NCBI GenBank assembly: GCA_963734545.1
Contig: CAVTHO010000010.1
Span: 96,001 to 160,000, forward strand
From: an uncultured Spirochaetota bacterium
GTDB taxonomy: Bacteria; Spirochaetota; Spirochaetia; SZUA-6; Fen-1364
Length of the DNA stretch: 64,000 bases
Reading direction: 5' to 3'
Positions 26,592 through 35,412 of the stretch are shown here, in pieces (position 1 is the first letter of the stretch; each line of letters opens with the position of its first letter). Under the pieces are notes generated by a model. It was given only the letters and a program-made list of their open reading frames with translations, had not been told where the DNA came from and did no database searches. The position numbers were made by a program, and so were the translations under genes.

Positions 26592-29552
26592 TCAGCCGGA
26601 CAACACGTCGAGGGGGACCCTCGTCTGGCTTTCCCCTGTCCCGTAGACTATCCAGATCCGTCCCTGGAATCCCGGGCTGCTCGCGCAATCGTCTCCGGGC
26701 AAGCCGTCCCGGACGCCGGGAGCCAGATAGAGCATTCCGCTCGTTGCGAAATCCACCGGCAGGTCCCAGTCGTTTCTGTCCGCGAAGATCACGTAGCCGA
26801 AGTTCACCGTTTGAACGGTCGCCGGATCGATCACCGTCAACGTCCAATCTCCGCGGAGCGGGTTTTCGCTCCTGGCAACGGTCACGACTTCTATGCCGCG
26901 CATCACCTCGAATGCGAGCTGCGTCTTGTCAAAGCTCGTCGCGTTCGTGCAATCCGACAGGTCGATCGGGATCATGTCGCCGGTCCGGGGGCCGTTGTCC
27001 GTGACGATCAGGCGGACACCCGGCTCAAGGGGCGCGGCCATTACGGCCAGCTCACAGCTCGCGCCAAGACCCAGCACAACGCCCATCTCGCGCATGACGA
27101 CCGAAAGCAGATCAGGGCGATCCATGGCGTCGGTCCCCTGGCTTGCCCTCAGGGCTGTTCCGAAGGGCTGGAGCGTAAACTCCAGATCGTCAGCCGGGGT
27201 TGGATCGACGAACCAGCCTGTCTGGCCGCCCCAGGGATCCAGCCTCACGCGACGGGCCGCTGCGTCTGTTGATGCAAGATCGTCGCCCAGGGCGGCGATC
27301 TGGAAAGTCACTCCCTCCAACAGCGTCCGAGGATCGGTTCCCGAAGGTCTGAAGGCACTCCACCGGTTGATGGCTTCCGCCACGATGGGGGAAAGCCTTG
27401 CGGCATTGATCGCGAACATGAGCCGCGCACACTGGATCGACGTCCCGGGGAGTTGTACGAGCTCCCCTGCAGCGTCGACTCTCACCACCTCACCCGTGCC
27501 GGGGACCCCGCCGAGGCCGGGCGCTCCGCCGCTGCAGTCGACATTCCCGCTTGTGATCGATCCGCTGTGGCTCGTCAGCGTGACCGCGCCCCCGTTCCCT
27601 CCGTTGATCAGCGGATCAACACCGTCGGTTCCGTTGGCCTGGATGTCGCCCTGGAGGAGCATGTTGCCGGCAGATTCCAGCGACATGTCCCCCGCGTGTG
27701 ACCCGTGTCCGACGCCGACGGTGCTGAGCACGGAACCGGCAGAGAGCGTCAAGGTGGTTCCGGCGTGGATGCCGAGGGTCTTTTCCGGAACCGCTATCGA
27801 AGCCCCGATAACCACGGAGCCCGCCGCGGCAATGTCGACCGAGCCGGTGCTGACGATGACTGCCCCCGTGTTGTCGAATTCCCCGCTCGCAACGGTTATC
27901 CCGCCGTCGGAAATCGTCAGGACCGTGCCGTTCAGATCGATCTTTCCCGATGCATGGAGATCGATATCGTTCTCGACGCTGAGCGCCCCCATGACGACGT
28001 CTCGAGCCGTGGAAACAAGGAGGCCTTCACTCATGATGGCGCTCGCATGGATGTCGTGCGCCGTCGATGAAAGTGACAACTGGCCCATGACAATGGCCGG
28101 CGCGTTCAGGACGATGTCTCCTGCCGCGGCCAGCTCCACACGGGTAAAGCTCGCACCGAGATTCCCCAGACCGCCGTCGAATCGAATCCCTGCGCCGGCG
28201 CTGGCCAGAAAAACGGTGGAATCGTCCGCATCCACGGACATGAACACAGCGCTGCCCTGCGCCTGCACCTGAACGATCCCTTTGACGAGCAGAGGGCTGC
28301 TGATGCTCAGGTCGCCGACGGAAGTCACCGTCAGCCCATCCGGGTCATCGAGAGACAGTCCGCCTCCGGTCACGGGCAGACCGAAGGCGTTTCCCTGGAT
28401 GACGAGCTGATCGGCGCCCGTGCCGGTCTTGATCGTGAGAGACTGCAGGTCCGCGGCAACAAGCCCCGCAGAGCTAATTGTTATCCGGTCATCTCTGTTG
28501 ATCAGAGTGTCATTGAAGCCAGAGTCGATGGTCATGTCGGCGATATTGTAGAAGGTGACGGACTCGAAACTGACACCGTTGATGGTTCCCGAAATGCGGT
28601 TATTGAAGGTGTTGAAATTGCCCGGCACGCCGGCCCCGCCCGGGTTCACGTCGATAATGAGCTCGTCCACGCCGCTGCCGTAGTCCGAGGTGAGAAATAC
28701 ACCAGGGGATTCGCTGATATAGGTGGGTTCAAGGCCTGCCAGAGAAATGGCGCTCGAGCGGGCGCCCTCGCTCAGCAGCATGCGGGCGCCGTCACTGCCC
28801 ATGGGGCTGTAGGAAACAGTTACTGCCGGGTTTCCGTCAAAGGAAAACGAGTCGAAACACCCCACTCCGCCGTCGTAGGAGATCCCGGCCGGCAGCCAGA
28901 AAGGATCCGAGAAGTCCACGGTGAGAAGATCATCCCCATGGTCGCTGCCGATGATCATGACCCCGTCGACTTCCTCCAGAAGGCAGCTCTCCAGGAGCGA
29001 GCCGCTGCGGGTATCGAATAGCCCGAGAGTGCGGGAACCGCTCGTCTCCACACGAAGTGTCAGATCACTTCCGCCATCCGGAGCCGTGTAGGACAGGTAT
29101 GTCAGAGCAGCCAGCGGCGGGGGAGCCGATGCGTGAAGCGCTTCGACCAATTCATCTGCTTTCGTCAGTTGCTCGGGCTCGATCGAAGCGAGCGCGTGCG
29201 ATGTATCCCCGACCACCGTGCCCTGTGACGCAGCGGGCTGCTGCTGCCCGAAGACTTGAGCTTCAGCCGTCAGGTCGCAGTCAACGCCCTGCGCGGGATC
29301 GCTGTCACCGGGCGCCGCAGGCGGACCAGCGGTTTGAGGGGACGGGGCCAGAAGGTCTGGCACGCTCGCTTCCGGGGCATATGAGAAATCGGCGGTCGCG
29401 CCGGCGCGCGTCGTTCCTGCGGTATCAAACACCTGTTCGGCGGCGAGGGCGTCTATCGGGATGGGTCCGGCAGGCTGATCCAGGATGCCGTTGACAGAGA
29501 GGAGGAGTCGAGGCTCCAGGGCCTCCAAAGTAAACTTCCTATCGCTGCCCAT
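26592..29552 (-). CDS. N-terminal part of the giant protein (LEPRxLL motif, 986 aa); probably the same gene as 2..26575, split by a +1 frameshift
   Basis: Starts MGSDRKFTLEALEPRLLLS (LEPRxLL motif at 29496-29519). Gly/Ser-rich beta-helix-like segments and a DLLSVVMREMGVVLG motif. Stops 16 nt before the next frame's ATG, with no clear Shine-Dalgarno there. Confidence 0.88.
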   Translation of the reverse strand: MGSDRKFTLEALEPRLLLSVNGILDQPAGPIPIDALAAEQVFDTAGTTRAGATADFSYAPEASVPDLLAPSPQTAGPPAAPGDSDPAQGVDCDLTAEAQVFGQQQPAASQGTVVGDTSHALASIEPEQLTKADELVEALHASAPPPLAALTYLSYTAPDGGSDLTLRVETSGSRTLGLFDTRSGSLLESCLLEEVDGVMIIGSDHGDDLLTVDFSDPFWLPAGISYDGGVGCFDSFSFDGNPAVTVSYSPMGSDGARMLLSEGARSSAISLAGLEPTYISESPGVFLTSDYGSGVDELIIDVNPGGAGVPGNFNTFNNRISGTINGVSFESVTFYNIADMTIDSGFNDTLINRDDRITISSAGLVAADLQSLTIKTGTGADQLVIQGNAFGLPVTGGGLSLDDPDGLTVTSVGDLSISSPLLVKGIVQVQAQGSAVFMSVDADDSTVFLASAGAGIRFDGGLGNLGASFTRVELAAAGDIVLNAPAIVMGQLSLSSTAHDIHASAIMSEGLLVSTARDVVMGALSVENDIDLHASGKIDLNGTVLTISDGGITVASGEFDNTGAVIVSTGSVDIAAAGSVVIGASIAVPEKTLGIHAGTTLTLSAGSVLSTVGVGHGSHAGDMSLESAGNMLLQGDIQANGTDGVDPLINGGNGGAVTLTSHSGSITSGNVDCSGGAPGLGGVPGTGEVVRVDAAGELVQLPGTSIQCARLMFAINAARLSPIVAEAINRWSAFRPSGTDPRTLLEGVTFQIAALGDDLASTDAAARRVRLDPWGGQTGWFVDPTPADDLEFTLQPFGTALRASQGTDAMDRPDLLSVVMREMGVVLGLGASCELAVMAAPLEPGVRLIVTDNGPRTGDMIPIDLSDCTNATSFDKTQLAFEVMRGIEVVTVARSENPLRGDWTLTVIDPATVQTVNFGYVIFADRNDWDLPVDFATSGMLYLAPGVRDGLPGDDCASSPGFQGRIWIVYGTGESQTRVPLDVLSG

Positions 29553-29586
29553 CTTTCATTCACTTTTGGATTGGCAAACTTGATCT

Positions 29587-29615
29587 ATTAAATCCCCGTG
29601 CCCCGGTCCTGTCAA
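29587..29615 (-). promoter_or_regulatory. Sigma70-type promoter of the giant protein gene
   Basis: Minus-strand TTGACA (29615-29610), 17 bp, TTTAAT (29592-29587) in an AT-rich intergenic stretch, 35 nt upstream of ATG 29552. Confidence 0.7.
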
Positions 29616-29686
29616 TAAAAATGTTTCTTCTATTATAAGCGACGACACGTTGCGGATCGGAAATGCAGGCGCTGGCGGTCAGCGGC

Positions 29687-30640
29687 CTATGGGATGGCGG
29701 CGATCCGACCTGCCTCCTCCGACAGGCTCCTCAGGGCGTCACGCAGCTCCGGCGGCTCCTTCACCACGAAGCGCAGGCTCAAGCCCATGAGGTAGCGTGA
29801 CGCGTAGTCCAGGTCATCGATCGGCCAGTCGAATGCCACGCCCTCCGCAATCTTCGTGAGGATCCCCCAGGAGGAGGGGATCCTCCTGCGCAGCCGGGCA
29901 AGCTCCGTTTCGAAAACCACCCTGATCCGCCACCTGGCCCGCGTGTTTTCCAGGTACTCGATGGCATAGGCGCGGAAATCGAACTTTTCGTTCTTGTGAA
30001 AGCGTTCCTCGAGAGGACGGGTCTTTCTCATCCGGTCCAGCCGAAATGTCCGGTAGTCCTCCCGCAGGCGACAGTATCCGACGAGGTACCATCTGCCCCG
30101 CCTGCCGACGAGACCGTACGGCTCCACGACCCTGTGAGTGAGCTGGTCATTCTCCGAGCGATAGGTGATCTGCACGCATTGCCGTGCCTGGATGCTCTCG
30201 CTCAGGAGGATGAGCAGGGAGGCATCGGGCCGGGGCTCGTCCCGGTAGGGCGAGAGAATCGCCAGGGAGGAAATTCCGTTCACGACCTGTCGCGCCCCCT
30301 GGGGCAGGACCCGGGTGATCTTGGAGAGCGCCGCCTCGACAACTGCCGGGGACTGCCCGATCTCCAGCCATGAGCTTCCCAGCAGCCCGAGCACGATGGC
30401 GGCTGCCTCCTCCTCGCTGAACATGAGCGGCGGCAGCTTGTAGCCTGCCCGCAGCCGGTAGCCGCCATACCGGCCGCGTGTCGCCTCGACCGGTATCCCC
30501 ACGTCCTGCAGCTTGGTGACGTATCGGCGCACGGTGCGCACGTCGGTTTCCAGCCGTGCGGCGAGCTCCGGGCCGGTCAGGTTCGGCCGTGATTGCAGGA
30601 GCTCGAGAACCGTCAGGACCCGGCCTGTCGGATGGTACAT
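29687..30640 (-). CDS. YafY-family HTH-WYL transcriptional regulator
   Basis: N-terminal HTH (ELAARLETDVRTVRRYV...GRYGGYRL), LPPLMFSEEEA, and WYL core VEPYGLV...WYLVGYC...RTFRLDR. Confidence 0.95.
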   Translation of the reverse strand: MYHPTGRVLTVLELLQSRPNLTGPELAARLETDVRTVRRYVTKLQDVGIPVEATRGRYGGYRLRAGYKLPPLMFSEEEAAAIVLGLLGSSWLEIGQSPAVVEAALSKITRVLPQGARQVVNGISSLAILSPYRDEPRPDASLLILLSESIQARQCVQITYRSENDQLTHRVVEPYGLVGRRGRWYLVGYCRLREDYRTFRLDRMRKTRPLEERFHKNEKFDFRAYAIEYLENTRARWRIRVVFETELARLRRRIPSSWGILTKIAEGVAFDWPIDDLDYASRYLMGLSLRFVVKEPPELRDALRSLSEEAGRIAAIP

Positions 30641-30689
30641 GTCAGGCGGCCTCCCGGGCTCTACGGATTCTTTTCATGCCCGATTAATA

Positions 30690-30706
30690 AGGACCGATTC
30701 TGTCCT
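30690..30706. promoter_or_regulatory. Candidate WYL-regulator operator AGGAC-N7-GTCCT
   Basis: Inverted repeat AGGACcgattctGTCCT in the short divergent intergenic region between the WYL gene and the small ORF. Confidence 0.55.
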
Positions 30707-30755
30707 CTTTCAACAGTACACTCTCACCGGATGCCGGTCAAGAAGGGGGATCGCG

Positions 30756-30977
30756 ATGTACCACAACTGGTACGAGGTCTACATGAATGCCAGGCAGAAG
30801 CAGGAGGATCTCTACCGGCGATCGGACGAAGCGCGGCGCGCCGATGAGGCCCGCAGGAGCCGGAAGGAGCAGAGAAAGCAGGCGCGCGCGCGGCGGTTGC
30901 ACTCGCGCACGGCCTCGGCCGCGCGCGAACCGACCATCTTCGACCGCCTCCAGAGTGTGGAAAAGCACATGGAATAG
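30756..30977 (+). CDS. Small Arg-rich helical hypothetical protein (73 aa)
   Basis: AAGGGGGA ribosome-binding site before ATG 30756; MYHNWYEVYMNARQKQEDLYRRSDEARRADEARR...; fills the gap between the WYL and APH genes. Confidence 0.65.
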   Translation: MYHNWYEVYMNARQKQEDLYRRSDEARRADEARRSRKEQRKQARARRLHSRTASAAREPTIFDRLQSVEKHME

Positions 30978-30980
30978 CCG

Positions 30981-31898
30981 CTATGGGGCGCTATCCCATT
31001 GATCTCCAAGGACTTGATCGATTGCGTACCTGGATATGGCGGCAAGCGGGGGGTGAGTGTTCTGGTAGTAGGGCAGCGCAATTGCTCCGATGGACAGCGC
31101 CCAGCCGCGACCACGAGCCCACATTGCCTCATCGACCGCCAATTCCCGGCGAAATGTCCGCCGGGCCCTGGTGGAGAGGAAATTCCACGCTACCGCCAGG
31201 TCGCATGCGGGATCACCCACGCCCAGACAGCCAAAGTCGATGACGGCACAGAGCCGGCCTCTCCGCGCGAGCAGATTGCCGGTTTGCAGGTCTCCATGGA
31301 TCCAGACGGGTGGACCACTCCATGCAGGTGCCTGGAGTGCGGCTTTCCACGCCGTGATCGCCGCGTCGGCATCGAGCGTGCTGCGAAGCGCCTCGATCGC
31401 CGCTCGCGTCGAAGAGTCCCTCGTTCGCAGCGACACTCCGCGGAAAGAGTTGTGAGGACCGGGGACGGGTCCATCGGCGGTATCAATCCGTCGGAGGGCA
31501 GCAATGAACCCTGCCAGGTCCGTCGCGACCTGGCTCGAATTCGCCATGCTCTCGACGGCAGCGTTCTGGCCCTCGAGCCACCTGTAGACGGACCAGCGCC
31601 AGGGGTAGCCCTCGCCCGGTATCCCCTTCCCGAGCGGCACGGGGACAGCAAGAGGCAGGAGCGGGCCGAGCCTCGGAAGCCACTTGAGCTCCTTGTCCAC
31701 CTGCCCCACGGCCGAGGGTATTCGGGGCAGTCGCACTACCTTGTCGTCTCCGAGACGATAAAGCGCATTATCGGTTCCCGCGGATTGCACGGGCTCGATG
31801 GGAAGGTCCGCCCACTGAGGAAACTGCGCCGCAAGCAGACTGCGCACAAGAGATGGATCGGTGTCCTGCTCGTCAACGTGCATCCTGCCGGGAGGCAT
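30981..31898 (-). CDS. Aminoglycoside phosphotransferase (APH)-family kinase
   Basis: SAGTDNALYRLG, VVRLPR, WIHGDLQTGNLL (Brenner motif), VIDFG, GDPACDL. Confidence 0.93.
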   Translation of the reverse strand: MPPGRMHVDEQDTDPSLVRSLLAAQFPQWADLPIEPVQSAGTDNALYRLGDDKVVRLPRIPSAVGQVDKELKWLPRLGPLLPLAVPVPLGKGIPGEGYPWRWSVYRWLEGQNAAVESMANSSQVATDLAGFIAALRRIDTADGPVPGPHNSFRGVSLRTRDSSTRAAIEALRSTLDADAAITAWKAALQAPAWSGPPVWIHGDLQTGNLLARRGRLCAVIDFGCLGVGDPACDLAVAWNFLSTRARRTFRRELAVDEAMWARGRGWALSIGAIALPYYQNTHPPLAAISRYAIDQVLGDQWDSAP

Positions 31899-31916
31899 AG
31901 CGGCCGTCCGTGCCGT

Positions 31917-33278
31917 CTAGGAACCGGCGGTAATCCGCACAGAGATCTCCTTTTCGAAGCGTCCGGTCACCATCAAGACAAGATCATCACCGCGGGTAGC
32001 GCAGGCGATTTCCTCCGGCTGGACTTTCGCGCCGGACACCTGCACGACCGCCTCCGGGCTTTTCCAACCGTTGACGACGAAAACGGGATTGAGCATCGGG
32101 TACTTCGGGGAGGCGGTGAACTCGATCTGCTTCCCCCCCGAGGTGCGCAGGACGTATGCCCTCTCGGAGAATGCGAAACCTTCGTACAGAAGCGGGCCCG
32201 ATGACATCCCGGGGATCGACTTGACGCACTCGTTGCCCGTCAAGACGGTTGCCGGCCGGTACCATGAGTGAGCAAGCTCTCGCAGATGCTCCGTGGGCTT
32301 CTCGGTTGCTCCGACCAGGAAGAGCCACGAAGTCCCGCGGGGAGGCGTCTCAACATGGTACGACGCGGCGATCTTCTGTGACTCCTCGTCCTCCTGCAAG
32401 AGGAAGGGCCGCCAGTCGTAGTTGCAGTCGACAAACGAACTGTGCGTGGCCTGGCGCCCTGCAACGTCGTCTCCCCTTGCGGCGAGGACGAAGTCCTCCG
32501 CGTCCGTGACCGGCCAGTGCTTGTACACATTGCCGATCCCGCTGAAGAGAGTGAAATAGGGATGGTTCCCGCCGCACACTCCGCAGCGGCGGTATGCGAA
32601 GAGCCTCTGGTCCTTGGCAAAAATGACATACGGGCTCGGCCGATCCTTGAAGTTGACTCGCCCGATGTACATGTTCCAGTCCGCAATCTGGGGAAAGGCA
32701 GTGCACAGGGGCTTGAACTCATTGAACTGGATGGGCCAATCGAGGGAAATGCTCTCCCCCTTGTCGTTGGACAGCTCGAACGCCCCCTTGGGGCGCAGCG
32801 TGGAATCCGGCGTCGTCCCTGCCCCGTTGACGATGATCCATTCCAGAACCTGCCACATGTTGGGGTTGCCGCCGTAGCCAGATTCGTCCCCGGGGTATGC
32901 GGTGAGCGTGCGCACGGCCACGCCGTCACGGTACATCAGGTATGTCTCCTCGGCGGTGGTGTTGCCGTGGAAGACCCGGTAGCGCATGTCGGCGCAGGCG
33001 TATTGCCAGCGCACCCTGCCCCGCACGTCGTTGGCCTCGATGATGGAAGCCCGGCTGAACTTGAGCTTCTTGTCCATGATCGGCTCGTAGCAGTGGTTGT
33101 CCTCGGGGCTGTTGGTTTCCAGCCATTCCGGGGTGAACCAGACATCACCGCCCAGGTCGAGGCAGGGCACGTACTGCGCCTTGGACCAGAGGACCAGGCG
33201 GTGCTTCTGGCCGCATTCCACTACTATGGCGTGCCCCGTTGCGCCGGAAAAGCTCAGCTGCGTTTCATAGACTTTCAT
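31917..33278 (-). CDS. Uncharacterised ~450-aa protein, paralogue 4
   Basis: Shares GHAxVVE, FTPEWxExNSP, CYEPIMDK, RVFHGN, GGNPNxWQ, CxxCGxxHP and HWP with the three upstream paralogues. Confidence 0.9.
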   Translation of the reverse strand: MKVYETQLSFSGATGHAIVVECGQKHRLVLWSKAQYVPCLDLGGDVWFTPEWLETNSPEDNHCYEPIMDKKLKFSRASIIEANDVRGRVRWQYACADMRYRVFHGNTTAEETYLMYRDGVAVRTLTAYPGDESGYGGNPNMWQVLEWIIVNGAGTTPDSTLRPKGAFELSNDKGESISLDWPIQFNEFKPLCTAFPQIADWNMYIGRVNFKDRPSPYVIFAKDQRLFAYRRCGVCGGNHPYFTLFSGIGNVYKHWPVTDAEDFVLAARGDDVAGRQATHSSFVDCNYDWRPFLLQEDEESQKIAASYHVETPPRGTSWLFLVGATEKPTEHLRELAHSWYRPATVLTGNECVKSIPGMSSGPLLYEGFAFSERAYVLRTSGGKQIEFTASPKYPMLNPVFVVNGWKSPEAVVQVSGAKVQPEEIACATRGDDLVLMVTGRFEKEISVRITAGS

Positions 33279-33309
33279 GGACGTTCACTCCCTTTCCGTT
33301 GGCGGGTCC

Positions 33310-34005
33310 TCAGCGCTTGGCGAATCGATAGTACCGGGGATAGTCCTTCATCAGGAGGTAGAGCGGCTCCTCGTCCTCCTCGATCGTGGGAAACCTGCCC
33401 ACCTGCTCATGGAAGCGGTTGTCCGTGTTGTCGTCATTGCACACCGACACCTCCCCCACAAGGACTTTCGCCCCGACGCCCCAGAACTTGTGGTACATGC
33501 CCTGGGTGAGGGTGATGCTCTCCCCCGGTTCCAGAACTACCGTCTCCCCGGCAGGGACGGCCCGGCTCACGCCGTCCATGCTGACGGTCACCGGCGTGTG
33601 CGCGAAGTCTCCCGTCGCGCTGCTGTTGTACAACTGGATTGCGAGCTTCCCGCCTCCGCGGTTGATGATGTCTTCCATCTTTTTCCAGTGGAAGTGCATG
33701 GGCGTCACCTGGTTCACGTCGACGATCAGGAGCTTCTCCGCGTAGATCTTGCCCTTGCCGTTCTTCAAGCTCAGGTGGCTTCCGTTGCGGATCGTGAACA
33801 GGAAGAGGCCTCGGCGCTGGAATTCCCCGGAACCCCAGTCCGTGATGTCCCACCCCATGTCCATATCGGAGATTTCGCGAGCCTCCGCCCCTTTTCCGCG
33901 CCAATCCTGCGGCGACCAGTACGCAAACGGCGGAAGGTAGAAGTGATTCGCCCTGGCGAACGCGTCGCCTTCCCGCATTATCCCGTTGATCTCTGATCTC
34001 TTCAT
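33310..34005 (-). CDS. D-lyxose/D-mannose-family sugar isomerase (cupin)
   Basis: MKRSEIN...LPPFAYWSP, GWDITDWG, LFTIRNG, YAEK, QVTPMHFHWKKMEDIINRGGG, PGESITL, GEVSxxNDDxTDNRF. Confidence 0.93.
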   Translation of the reverse strand: MKRSEINGIMREGDAFARANHFYLPPFAYWSPQDWRGKGAEAREISDMDMGWDITDWGSGEFQRRGLFLFTIRNGSHLSLKNGKGKIYAEKLLIVDVNQVTPMHFHWKKMEDIINRGGGKLAIQLYNSSATGDFAHTPVTVSMDGVSRAVPAGETVVLEPGESITLTQGMYHKFWGVGAKVLVGEVSVCNDDNTDNRFHEQVGRFPTIEEDEEPLYLLMKDYPRYYRFAKR

Positions 34006-34062
34006 TCCATCAGCTCCATTCCCGCGGTCACCGGCATCCGTTCGCCCGTTCCCGCATGCAGT

Positions 34063-35412
34063 TCATTTCCCGTAGAAACCGACGCTCGTCCTGCTCGACC
34101 ACGTCCCGTCAATCCACACCACGAGGTCCCGGCCGCTGATCTGCGCCGCGTAGGCGCCCGGGCTCACATCTGTCCCGTTGACCTTCACGCGGATGTCCTC
34201 CGGTGCGGAGGTCCAGTTCATCAGGCGGAAAGCCGGGTTCACGGCCGGGACCGTCGGATCCAGCGAAAACTCGACGCGGTCCTCCTCGTCATGCTGGCGG
34301 AACGCGTAGGCCCGAAGGGAGTAGTCGAACCCCTCGAAGATGACACGGCCTCTGCGCGGGTCTCCCTTTTCCGCGGGGCGGACGATCGTCACGGCGGCCG
34401 GCCGGCGCCAGGACATGGTGAGCCGGTCGAGCTCCGCCGGGTCGGACTTCTCCGGGACGGCTCCCACGAGCATGTACCAGGTGGTTCCCGGAAAGGGAGT
34501 GGGGACGAAATCGTCGTCGCTCGTCCGCCAGGCGTAGTTGCAGTTCATGAAGCAGGTGTGCGTGGTGATCTTGCCCACCTGGTCCAGCGCGAGGGACCCG
34601 AGGATGAAATCCTCCCTCTCTGTCCCCGGCCAGTGGGAGTAGATGGGATCGCCTTCCTGCCGGCCGAACACCTTCATGAACGGGTGATCCTTTCCGCACT
34701 TCGCGCAGCGGATGTAGGGAAACAGCGCCTGGCTTTTCGGGATGATCGTGAACGGACTGGGAGTTCCCCGCAGGCCGACGGTCCCGATATAGTTGCTCCA
34801 TCCGGCCAACTGTGGGAAATGATCGCAGATCGGACCGGGTACAGCGGGAAGCGGCCAGGATACGTTCACCGACTCCCCCTCGCCGCTTCGCAGCATCAAC
34901 GCCTCGGGCGCTCGAATGCAGTCCGTCGGCTTCGTTCCGGCGGCGTTGATGATGATGTATTCCTCGACCTGCCAGAAGTTGGCATTCCCCCCGTGGTTGC
35001 TCGCGGTCCCCGGCCACAGCACCACTTCCCGCACGGCCACCCCGTCCGGGTAGATCGTGTAGATTTCCTCCGCCGTGGTGTTCCCGTGGAAGACCTTGTA
35101 CCGCATGTCGTTCAACGCGTAGCGCCACTTGATCCTGGCGCGCGCCGGCCCGGACTCGAGGATCTCCACGCTGCTCCACCGCAGCCGCTTGTCCATGATC
35201 GGCTCGTAGCATTCCTCATCGTTGGGGCTGTTGACTTCGCACCATTCGGGCGTGAACATCACCCCGTTGCCGAGGTCCACACACCCGACGTACTGCGCCT
35301 TGTCCCAGAAGACGAATCGCCAGGCCTTGCCGAACTCCACCACGACCGCATGTCCCCTGGCGCCGGAAAACTCGAATTGGGTCTCGAACGCCCTCACAAC
35401 AGGTCCGCTCAT
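34063..35412 (-). CDS. Uncharacterised ~450-aa protein, paralogue 3 (449 aa)
   Basis: True start MSGPVVRAFETQ at 35412, overlapping the upstream stop (ATGA); the longer 883-aa track ORF is an out-of-frame extension over paralogue 2; same motifs. Confidence 0.9.
   Translation of the reverse strand: MSGPVVRAFETQFEFSGARGHAVVVEFGKAWRFVFWDKAQYVGCVDLGNGVMFTPEWCEVNSPNDEECYEPIMDKRLRWSSVEILESGPARARIKWRYALNDMRYKVFHGNTTAEEIYTIYPDGVAVREVVLWPGTASNHGGNANFWQVEEYIIINAAGTKPTDCIRAPEALMLRSGEGESVNVSWPLPAVPGPICDHFPQLAGWSNYIGTVGLRGTPSPFTIIPKSQALFPYIRCAKCGKDHPFMKVFGRQEGDPIYSHWPGTEREDFILGSLALDQVGKITTHTCFMNCNYAWRTSDDDFVPTPFPGTTWYMLVGAVPEKSDPAELDRLTMSWRRPAAVTIVRPAEKGDPRRGRVIFEGFDYSLRAYAFRQHDEEDRVEFSLDPTVPAVNPAFRLMNWTSAPEDIRVKVNGTDVSPGAYAAQISGRDLVVWIDGTWSSRTSVGFYGK

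Noticed and set aside
26592-26594. Selenocysteine or stop read-through at the TGA of the giant gene
   Set aside because: The downstream coding region is in a different frame, so read-through would not join the two parts.
29687-30640. WYL gene as a marker of an anti-phage defence island
   Set aside because: YafY-type architecture and no defence genes recognised in the window.
30981-31898. Aminoglycoside-resistance gene
   Set aside because: Only general APH-family kinase motifs are visible; substrate cannot be inferred and there is no mobile context.
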